The notes beneath the pieces are model-generated. The model saw only the letters and a program-made list of their open reading frames with translations, ran no database searches and was not told the origin of the DNA. From Spirochaetota bacterium (lineage in GTDB: Bacteria; Spirochaetota; UBA4802; JAFGDQ01): DNA of 64,000 nucleotides. A program made the translations under genes and the position numbers. This document shows positions 56,757-64,000 of this stretch, one piece after another (the first letter of the stretch is position 1; the number at the start of each line of letters is the position of its first letter). The DNA lies in the NCBI GenBank assembly GCA_034190085.1, contig JAXHTS010000072.1:3010-67009 (forward strand), written 5' to 3'.

Positions 56757-58679
56757 CTATATTATGCAACCCAAATTAAATCCGTCAGCAATAACCTGAG
56801 CTATTTGCCCAGGCTCTCGACAAGAGCCGACAGAATAAGATTCTACACCTTTCGTGCTGATAATTTTACCCAATTCATCACGGCTTTCCAGACCTGATGC
56901 GATGAGAATGGCATCTGTCATTATCTTCTCCTTTTTATTGTTCCGCACCAGAGCTATTACGCCATCCCCCTCTATTTCTACAACCTCAGTATGGGTAAGG
57001 ATTCTGACCTTCCTACGCAATCTCGATATCATCACCCCCCTATTGGTTGGTCCAACATCTCTGGCAAGAGTAGAAATTTCGATAATTGTCACCTCCTTGC
57101 CATTTTCAGCTAAAAATTCAGCAGTCTCCAAACCAATCATACCACCCCCAATAACTAGTACCCTTTTACCTTCAATGCTATTCCCTCTCAACGCATCAAG
57201 CGCAGTCAATACCTTATGATCCCTAATACCTGGAATATCTGGAATTATTGACCTAGCCCCAGTAGCAAGGATAACAACATCAGGATTAGCTTGGTTTAAT
57301 TCTTTAATGGTAAAGGGCGTTCCGAGCTTTATTCTTACCTGTAACCGATCCATTTGCAGGGTATAATAATCTATTATACTCCTCAACTCACCTTTATGTG
57401 GTGGTATAAATGACAGATTCAACATCCCCCCCAATTTTGTATCCTTTTCGTATATTGTCACAAAATGTCCACGCGTAGCAGCTATGCGAGCAGTCTCCAT
57501 GCCAGCAGGACCTCCCCCAACAATAATCAATCGCTTTGGCCTTTTAGTTGATCTAATCAAACCCTCCCCCTCCCTACCAGATTCAGGATTCAACCCACAC
57601 ATAACCTCTGTTCTTTCACCGCGAAGGGATTGAACAAGTTGATCAAAGCAATAACAGCATGCCGTGCAACGCCTTATCTCATCGTCACGACCATCCCAGG
57701 TCTTCTGGACAAAATCCGGATCACACAAAAGGGCTCTTCCCAGCCCTATCAAGTCAGCCTCGCCCCTTACAAGAATTTCAGCAGCGACAAAGGGATCATT
57801 TATTCTTCCAACCGTGGATATTGGAATATCCACCACTCCCTTAATTGCAGCCGCCATATAGGAGAAGGCGGCGGGTGAAACAGACATTGGAAGCATTGGC
57901 CTAGATGATTCATGCCATCCAGCCCAAACGTGCAATCTATCAGCTCCGGATGCAACAATATGTGGAACTATTTGTAATGAATCCTCAATATTCCGTCCAC
58001 CCTGCATCCCGTCATCCGCATCGAATTTGACACATATATTGAAATCATCCCCAACCCTAGCCCTTGATTCTCTAAGGATAGAGAGTAGAAAGCTCGCCCT
58101 TGCCAGCGTATCTCCCCCATACTTATCCTTCCTCTTATTAGTCAAAGGGGATAGAAATTGACTTATAAGATAGCCTGAACTACCCATAAGTTCTATCCCA
58201 TCAAATCCAGCCCTTCGTGCGCGAAGGGCGGCTTCTGCAAAGATTATGATCAAATCATCCACTTCCTCAGTAGCAAGCTCTCTGGGTGTTTCTCCAGTAT
58301 ATCCGGACATAATGGGAGATGGAGCTACAGACTGTCTGCCAAGCAATACACCTGGAGAATAACGGCCAGCATGATTTAGCTGCAGAACGATCTTTGCACC
58401 GCAACGATGAACAGATTCGACTAACATGGATAACGGTTTAATATCATCATCGGTCTCAATCAACAATTCATCCCTCACACCAGCCCTGCCGCTGGGATGG
58501 ATAGAAGCCTCCCCTGTAGTAATTAGACCCACACCACCCTTTGCACGGGCAACCAGAAAATCCGTCATGCGATCCAAATTATATCCTGTCCCCATAGGTG
58601 CCATATATAACCTATTCTTCAACAGTAGGTTTGGCATCTTAAGAGGCTCAAAAAGGGGATCTAATCTTCTATCTCTCAT
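56757..58679 (-). CDS. Old-yellow-enzyme-family NADH:flavin oxidoreductase fused to an FAD/NAD(P)-binding domain (2,4-dienoyl-CoA reductase FadH-like)
   Basis: 640 aa. The N-terminal TIM-barrel OYE part has LKNRLYMAPM and LQLNHAGR. A Cys cluster (RCTACCYCFDQL...C) fits a 4Fe-4S site. Two Rossmann GxGxxG motifs follow (VGGGPAGME, VIGGGMIGLE). Confidence 0.82.
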   Translation of the reverse strand: MRDRRLDPLFEPLKMPNLLLKNRLYMAPMGTGYNLDRMTDFLVARAKGGVGLITTGEASIHPSGRAGVRDELLIETDDDIKPLSMLVESVHRCGAKIVLQLNHAGRYSPGVLLGRQSVAPSPIMSGYTGETPRELATEEVDDLIIIFAEAALRARRAGFDGIELMGSSGYLISQFLSPLTNKRKDKYGGDTLARASFLLSILRESRARVGDDFNICVKFDADDGMQGGRNIEDSLQIVPHIVASGADRLHVWAGWHESSRPMLPMSVSPAAFSYMAAAIKGVVDIPISTVGRINDPFVAAEILVRGEADLIGLGRALLCDPDFVQKTWDGRDDEIRRCTACCYCFDQLVQSLRGERTEVMCGLNPESGREGEGLIRSTKRPKRLIIVGGGPAGMETARIAATRGHFVTIYEKDTKLGGMLNLSFIPPHKGELRSIIDYYTLQMDRLQVRIKLGTPFTIKELNQANPDVVILATGARSIIPDIPGIRDHKVLTALDALRGNSIEGKRVLVIGGGMIGLETAEFLAENGKEVTIIEISTLARDVGPTNRGVMISRLRRKVRILTHTEVVEIEGDGVIALVRNNKKEKIMTDAILIASGLESRDELGKIISTKGVESYSVGSCREPGQIAQVIADGFNLGCII

Positions 58680-58960
58680 AATGACACTTTAATTCCTCGA
58701 TAAAAATATTACTATTACAAAAAATGGCACCTCATGGGATCTAAAACATAAACGATATAGAGATAATTGCTAATGTCAACTAGAAATGGAGATATTTGAC
58801 AATGGGATACCTATTAATCCTAAAGGCATATGTCACATCATAACATGATCATTAATAAAAAGGTCTGCCGGTAATTGAAGGTGTGGATTTTTTCATTTAG
58901 CGGTGTGATTTCCCTTACGAAAATAATTAATAATTCTGTGGTGTTATAGGCGGTTATATT

Positions 58961-60052
58961 CTATGCAACTGCCAATTCACTTATATGCCTTGTTATCCCA
59001 TCAACATTCATAACCATATCAGCAGCGCCAAGTCTAATGGCCTCGGCTGGCATACCGAAGACTACGCATGATGCCTCATCCTGGGCGATTGTTTTTATTC
59101 CTGCATCCCGTATCTCCAAAAGGCCCTGTGCCCCATCAGCCCCCATACCGGTAAGAAGGATTCCGAGCGAGTAACGTGAAGCTATATTCGCAACTGAACG
59201 AAAAAGCACATCCACTGAAGGCTTATGCCTGTTTACAGGAAGACCATCGTTTATCTCGACCCAATAGCCCTGAACATCACTCTTGAGTATCATATGACGG
59301 TTGCCAGGGGCAATTAGCGCTACTCCCTTATATACCCTATCTCCATGTTCTGCTTCCTTAACATACAGTTTTGATACACCATTTATCCTATTTGCAAAGG
59401 CCAATGTAAACTTTTCAGGCATATGCTGGGCGATAACAATCCCTGGTACATCATCCTGAAGATTGGTTATAATCTCTGCAATAACCTCAGTTCCGCCTGT
59501 GGAAGCGCCAATAGCGATTATACTATCACTTCTTTGCATTCTTTCAATTGATCTCTTTTTGGATATTACCGCATCAGCAGAATACTTCTCTTCTATCTTG
59601 ATCCCATCTACATCACCATCAAGGGTTTTTCCGATCCTTCTCTTTATTTTAGCGCCACTGGCAGCAATAACCTTTTCAATAAGCTCATCTGAAAAGCTAT
59701 TCCAACACTCTTCGTCATCAAGCTTTGGTTTTAATACAAAATCAACCGCTCCCAGCTCCAAAGCCTTAATCGTCTCTTTCGCCCCATTTTCGGTTAGCGA
59801 ACTTACCATTATCACTGGCATTGGGCGAGAAACCATAAGCTTGGATAAAAAAGTAAGGCCATCCATTCGAGGCATCTCAATATCCAATGTTAGTATATCA
59901 GGGTTTAACCGCTTTATCTTATTTACAGCTATTATTGGATCTATAGCCGATCCGACCACTTCAATATCCCTTGATTTTGAGAGTGTATTCTTGAGTAAAT
60001 TCCTCGTTACAGCAGAATCATCAATTACCAATACTTTTATTTTATTCATCAT
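58961..60052 (-). CDS. cheB: Chemotaxis response regulator protein-glutamate methylesterase CheB
   Basis: 363 aa. The N-terminal receiver domain has VLVIDDS...LDIEMPRMDG. The C-terminal esterase carries the GASTGG, QHMP and GMGADG motifs. Its ATGA start overlaps the cheD stop by 4 nt. Confidence 0.93.
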   Translation of the reverse strand: MMNKIKVLVIDDSAVTRNLLKNTLSKSRDIEVVGSAIDPIIAVNKIKRLNPDILTLDIEMPRMDGLTFLSKLMVSRPMPVIMVSSLTENGAKETIKALELGAVDFVLKPKLDDEECWNSFSDELIEKVIAASGAKIKRRIGKTLDGDVDGIKIEEKYSADAVISKKRSIERMQRSDSIIAIGASTGGTEVIAEIITNLQDDVPGIVIAQHMPEKFTLAFANRINGVSKLYVKEAEHGDRVYKGVALIAPGNRHMILKSDVQGYWVEINDGLPVNRHKPSVDVLFRSVANIASRYSLGILLTGMGADGAQGLLEIRDAGIKTIAQDEASCVVFGMPAEAIRLGAADMVMNVDGITRHISELAVA

Positions 60053-60606
60053 TTTCCGTATCTGCTCCTTATGTAATTTCTCTCATCTTGAACTACCCTT
60101 TCAAAAATATCTCTCTTAGTGGTTTTTTTAAGATATACCTTTCCGCTCCGAACATCCATCAACAACTTTCTGGTATAGTTATCCCCAACCTCTATCTCAA
60201 CAATTGGGACGTCCTCTATTTCAACCATAATCTTAGCTAGTCTTATATTATCCAAGGGTATACTCATTATCGAATTCTCAACATCAAGGACATGCCCACC
60301 CCCAAATATTTTTCCTATTAGATCTCGCTTTGAGGACCCGGCCTTCTCCATTTGAGAAAAGAGTTCATTTATTGCGGTTATCCCATATCTTGCTGATTTA
60401 TCCTCAAAAATATCCGTGCTTGAGATTCTACCAGGAAGCATAAAGTGATTCATTCCAGAAATTTCTCTTTTTGCATCATAAAGACACACAGAGACACATG
60501 ATCCTAAAAGGGTTCCAATTAACTCATCCTCCGAAGAGACATACAGCTCGCCAGGATGAATTATTTTAATATTCTTCCCATATTTTTTAGCTTTTCTTAT
60601 ATACAT
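60049..60606 (-). CDS. cheD: Chemoreceptor glutamine deamidase CheD (copy 1)
   Basis: 185 aa. The catalytic-region motifs LLGSCVSVCLYD and GMNHFMLPG align with the Thermotoga/Bacillus CheD Cys and His. It shares 1 nt (TAATG) with the cheR stop. Confidence 0.88.
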   Translation of the reverse strand: MYIRKAKKYGKNIKIIHPGELYVSSEDELIGTLLGSCVSVCLYDAKREISGMNHFMLPGRISSTDIFEDKSARYGITAINELFSQMEKAGSSKRDLIGKIFGGGHVLDVENSIMSIPLDNIRLAKIMVEIEDVPIVEIEVGDNYTRKLLMDVRSGKVYLKKTTKRDIFERVVQDERNYIRSRYGK

Positions 60607-61445
60607 TAATCTGCTTTCCCATAGATTGTATGACCTATCAAGTGTAATTGATCCGTTACACCTGTTAATGTCTCTGAATGACCTGCAAAAAAATAACCAT
60701 CACCATTCAAATATCTGATAAATCTTGAAATTAAATCTTTACGAGTTTCCTGATCAAAATAAATTACCACATTTCTGCAAAATATAATATCGAACTTTCC
60801 TCTCATAGGAAAAACCTTATCGAGCAGATTCAGTCTTCTAAAGTAGACTATATCTTTTAATTTATCCATTACCCTATAATGCCCCTCATTTTCATTCCTG
60901 CCCTTTAGAAAATATTTCTTAAGAATAGTACTATCAACATCGTTCAAGACATCAGACTTATAGATTCCTAGTTCCCCCTTCTTTAACACCTCTGTATCTA
61001 TATCAGTGGCCAGAATTTTAACATCCGGCATTTTTCGCCCCTTAAAGTATTCATATACTGTTATAGCGATGGTATATGGTTCCTCCCCTGTTGAGCAACC
61101 TGCACTCCAAATCCTTATCCTTCCCTTGTTATTTTTCTCGAATTTTGGAAGAGCCACATCTCTTATAAAATCAAAATGCTTTGGTTCTCTATAAAAATTT
61201 GTCTTGTTTGTTGTGATGCAGTTAATGAGATTGATCTTCTCTTCTTCATAATTGTTTAGCAAAAAATTAAAATACTCTTGATAATCATTAAGCTTTAATA
61301 ATCTCAATCTCTTCATCAACCTGGACTGAACCAGAGCCTTTTTGACCTCTGTCAGATTTATCCCGGCTTCTCTGTATATCAAATCCCTGAATAACTCAAA
61401 CTCTTCATCCTTGAGATTCCATGTGCCCAATATAGTATTATTCAT
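60606..61445 (-). CDS. cheR: Chemotaxis protein methyltransferase CheR
   Basis: 279 aa with an N-terminal helical domain. The SAM-binding motif is IWSAGCSTGEEPYTIA, and the downstream FCRNVVIYF follows. Confidence 0.92.
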   Translation of the reverse strand: MNNTILGTWNLKDEEFELFRDLIYREAGINLTEVKKALVQSRLMKRLRLLKLNDYQEYFNFLLNNYEEEKINLINCITTNKTNFYREPKHFDFIRDVALPKFEKNNKGRIRIWSAGCSTGEEPYTIAITVYEYFKGRKMPDVKILATDIDTEVLKKGELGIYKSDVLNDVDSTILKKYFLKGRNENEGHYRVMDKLKDIVYFRRLNLLDKVFPMRGKFDIIFCRNVVIYFDQETRKDLISRFIRYLNGDGYFFAGHSETLTGVTDQLHLIGHTIYGKAD

Positions 61446-61451
61446 ATTCTC

Positions 61452-62042
61452 TCACTCAAAGAGGATTAGCTTTCCGTACCGTTCCTTATTATTAAACTTG
61501 TTGTCTATATATTCCTTCTCCAATTTCATAAACTCTGAGGCTTCATTATTATTTGTTAATAGTTTTCGATATGCCTGTCCCTTTAATGGCAGATACATTA
61601 TCTTTCTCCTATAATTTCCTCCAAGATCCTCAGTCTCAACCTCGATCCTTTCCATGCTAAAATATTCATGCATAAACCTTATATTACTGTCCACTATGCC
61701 ACCCATCTCCGGAATACTTGAGGTTATGTATCCTGCGCCAAAAAGCTTTGCCCTGACATAACGCCTATCACCCCCTAACTTAACAATCTCAGCCATTAGA
61801 AATTCCATGCTGAGTATTCCCTGTTTCGCGATCTCATCCGCTATTATCCCCTCAGTGCCGATTGTGCCTGGCACGATGAAGTGACCCATACCTCCAATAC
61901 TATGAATATAATCGAACAAGCAGACAACGACACAGGCGCCTGTTATTGTCTCAATAATGCAACTCTCTTCACTTGCATAATAATCTCCAGGATAAAGAAT
62001 GTAAAGCGGGAGTCCATATATATTTGTCTCACTCTTTATCAT
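61452..62042 (-). CDS. cheD: Chemoreceptor glutamine deamidase CheD (copy 2, divergent paralogue)
   Basis: 196 aa. ITGACVVVCLFD and GMGHFIVPG retain the catalytic Cys and His. It is clearly divergent from copy 1. It overlaps the cheW 3' end by 14 nt. Confidence 0.85.
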   Translation of the reverse strand: MIKSETNIYGLPLYILYPGDYYASEESCIIETITGACVVVCLFDYIHSIGGMGHFIVPGTIGTEGIIADEIAKQGILSMEFLMAEIVKLGGDRRYVRAKLFGAGYITSSIPEMGGIVDSNIRFMHEYFSMERIEVETEDLGGNYRRKIMYLPLKGQAYRKLLTNNNEASEFMKLEKEYIDNKFNNKERYGKLILFE

Positions 62043-62553
62043 TGGACAACTTGTTTTCCTTATTTTCTAAAACCTCGAAATCCTCTTCGCTTAATATCCT
62101 ATCTACATCCAAAATTATTACTAACTTCTCCCCAATCTGTCCAATACCGCTAATAAAATCAGTCTCAATTCTGGAGCTGAAATGAGGTGTGTCCTGAATA
62201 CTAGAAAGGGGAATGCTGATCACATCAGATACTGAATCAACGATCATCCCAATCAGCCTCTCCTTCACTTCAACAATTATTATGACAGTAAAACTGTCAT
62301 ACTCGCGTCCTTCCATCTTAAACTTGGCTCTCATATCCACTACAGGAACCACAGATCCTCTTAGATTAATAACCCCCCTCATGAATTCTAAAGTGTTTGG
62401 GACATGAGTGATATCAGTCATTCCGATTATCTCCTGCACCTTCAACACCTCAACTCCATATGTCTCCCCTCCAATGGTAAATGTAACATGCTGTTCGCCT
62501 TCCTCTACGACCTCAGTTTCTTTCCTTGTCAAAGTTTGTGTTAAATTATCCAT
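62029..62553 (-). CDS. cheW: Chemotaxis coupling protein CheW
   Basis: 174 aa. It has the typical CheW core FTIGGETYGVEVLKVQEI...INLRGSVVPVVDMR...GMIVDSVSDV. Confidence 0.9.
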   Translation of the reverse strand: MDNLTQTLTRKETEVVEEGEQHVTFTIGGETYGVEVLKVQEIIGMTDITHVPNTLEFMRGVINLRGSVVPVVDMRAKFKMEGREYDSFTVIIIVEVKERLIGMIVDSVSDVISIPLSSIQDTPHFSSRIETDFISGIGQIGEKLVIILDVDRILSEEDFEVLENKENKLSNDKE

Positions 62554-62566
62554 AATGTCACACTCC

Positions 62567-62950
62567 TTATCTAATTAATTTCTGAACGACGCCTATAAGT
62601 TCATCTGACTTAAAGGGTTTGACAAGCCAACCCGATGCGCCTGCCTGCTTTCCCTCCTGGATCTTACTCCCTTCTGACTCTGTCGTTAATACAAGAACTG
62701 GTGTGAACTTGTCTAATTTTCTAAACTCCTTAACAAAAGTGATCCCATCCATTATAGGCATATTAACATCCACTATGCACAAAGAGACATCATCGCCATT
62801 ACTCTTTAACTCATTGATCTTTTCAAGGGCATCAGCACCATTCTCTGCCTGCTTAACAGCATGGCCAAGACCCTTCAATGCAAAATCAACACTTGTTCGA
62901 ATAGTTAAGGAATCATCTATTGTCATTATATATTTCATATGCGCCTCCAA
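62567..62950 (-). CDS. cheY: Single-domain response regulator CheY
   Basis: 127 aa. The receiver-domain signature is an acidic pocket (IDDS), the phospho-acceptor in VDVNMPIMDG, T in LVLTTE and K in LVKPF. Confidence 0.9.
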   Translation of the reverse strand: MEAHMKYIMTIDDSLTIRTSVDFALKGLGHAVKQAENGADALEKINELKSNGDDVSLCIVDVNMPIMDGITFVKEFRKLDKFTPVLVLTTESEGSKIQEGKQAGASGWLVKPFKSDELIGVVQKLIR

Positions 62951-62953
62951 TAA

Positions 62954-63214
62954 TTACTTCATCATTCCTGATAATTGAAACTGCTTCTTGACATCCCTTG
63001 AAAGGGATTTTAGCATTATCTTTTTCTCGGACTTTCGTGACTCTCTAAGAGCCGCCATGATCACCTGCACTACGGAAAGATCAACTCTTACGACTCTTGA
63101 AAAATCCAATGTAATCTCTGATTCCTTACTCAATACATCCGATAATTGTGAATAGAATTCCCTGATTCTCTTTATACCAATCTCTTCTGATAATTCAATC
63201 ACTCTCATAATCAA
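62954..63214 (-). CDS. Small STAS-domain (anti-sigma-factor-antagonist-like) protein
   Basis: 86 aa. The pattern of alternating beta/alpha segments fits a minimal SpoIIAA/RsbV/MlaB-like STAS fold (ITLDFSRVVRVDLSVVQVIMAALRE...KIMLKSLSRDVKKQFQLSG). The assignment is by eye only. Confidence 0.55.
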   Translation of the reverse strand: MIMRVIELSEEIGIKRIREFYSQLSDVLSKESEITLDFSRVVRVDLSVVQVIMAALRESRKSEKKIMLKSLSRDVKKQFQLSGMMK

Positions 63215-63335
63215 CCACCTGACAAATGAATAATTGTATTTTTGATCGTTAAATATATCTCATAAGCATCAATATATATTATCCATGATATATTCTGTTA
63301 ATATTATTATTCCGACATAAATCCACACGCTGAAG

Positions 63336-64000
63336 TCACCTAGCGATCTCCCCAATCAATCCATGAATATCCAATATCAATGAAACTGTACCATCCCCAA
63401 GAATAGAAGCGCCTGACACTGCGCGACTCTTTGTAATATAGTTGTCCAGACTCTTTATCACTATCTGCTGTTGACCAATAAGATCGTCGATCATGAGACC
63501 AAGCAGCACACCACCTGATTCAACAATGACAACCAGGGATTCCCATGGATTCCTGTATTCAGGTTCAATACCAAAGAGATCATATAATCTCAAAAGCATA
63601 ACATACTCACCCCTTACATAAATCACCTCCCCCTTGCCCTCTACCGTCTCAACCGCCTCTCTGCTTGGTTGTAAAGATTCCACAATCGATAGCAGAGGGA
63701 TGATATATATACTCCTTCCAACCCTTACAAGCATTCCTTCAATTATAGCTAAAGTCAGTGGAAGTTTAATTCTAAATATTGTGCCCATACCCTTTTCGGT
63801 CTCAATCTCTACAGTACCCCTCAATTCCTCAATATTTGTCTTCACCACATCCATGCCAACGCCTCTTCCGGATAGTTCGCCCACCCTTTCAGCGGTAGAG
63901 AAACCGGGCATAAAGAGACAGGATAGAATCCTTTCATCACTTACATCCTCCCCCCTTTTTATAATACCTTTCATCTCTGCCTTTTCTCTCACCCTCTCCT
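63336..64000 (-). CDS. cheA: Chemotaxis histidine kinase CheA, C-terminal part (5' end beyond the window)
   Basis: The minus-strand frame is open to the window edge. The visible part contains the end of the HATPase domain (FMPGFSTAE...SGRGVGMDVV G2 box, GTIFRIKLPLTLAI). The P5 CheW-like domain follows (GMLVRVG...IIPL...GLMIDDLIGQQQIVIK). Confidence 0.9.
   Translation of the reverse strand, partial: ERVREKAEMKGIIKRGEDVSDERILSCLFMPGFSTAERVGELSGRGVGMDVVKTNIEELRGTVEIETEKGMGTIFRIKLPLTLAIIEGMLVRVGRSIYIIPLLSIVESLQPSREAVETVEGKGEVIYVRGEYVMLLRLYDLFGIEPEYRNPWESLVVIVESGGVLLGLMIDDLIGQQQIVIKSLDNYITKSRAVSGASILGDGTVSLILDIHGLIGEIAR

Noticed and set aside
59463-60119. 218-aa ORF on the plus strand, antisense to cheB
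   Set aside because: It is a shadow ORF inside a well-supported cheB (receiver plus GASTGG/GMGADG esterase). The translation is Ser/Ile/Phe-rich low-complexity sequence.

Overview
AT-rich bacterial chromosomal window with no mobile elements, CRISPR arrays or rRNA. The left 38 kb is one dense secondary-metabolite/secondary-lipid locus. It holds a three-gene minus-strand NRPS operon that runs off the left edge: FAAL-ACP-C-A-T-E, then C-A-T-E, then C-A. Across an 810-nt spacer lies an RND/MMPL-type exporter with a metallophosphoesterase. An Sfp-type PPTase follows, and across a 1183-nt spacer sits a plus-strand PUFA-synthase-like operon. That operon has the myxobacterial pfa1-pfa2-pfa3 layout: PfaD-type ER, then KS-AT-3xACP-KR-DH, then KS-CLF-AT-DH-DH with a fused AGPAT/LPLAT domain. 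It ends in a PaaK/F390-synthetase-like adenylating enzyme. The right 26 kb is housekeeping: tilS-ftsH plus an orphan acidic protein, fadD-like ligase and phosphohexomutase, aspS-phoH-pgpH-ybeY, two tRNA(CAU) genes, MFS and SSS transporters, and a FadH-like reductase. It ends in a chemotaxis operon (cheA-STAS-cheY-cheW-cheD-cheR-cheD-cheB) that runs off the right edge. The best candidate for something new is the physical fusion of a fatty-acyl-primed, D-amino-acid-containing lipopeptide line with an AGPAT-terminated PUFA-type synthase, a lipid-type exporter, a phosphoesterase and one shared PPTase. Manual Stachelhaus-code reading suggests the peptide starts acyl-D-Val(like)-D-Gln-Asn. All functional calls rest on motifs read from the translations; no database search was possible.
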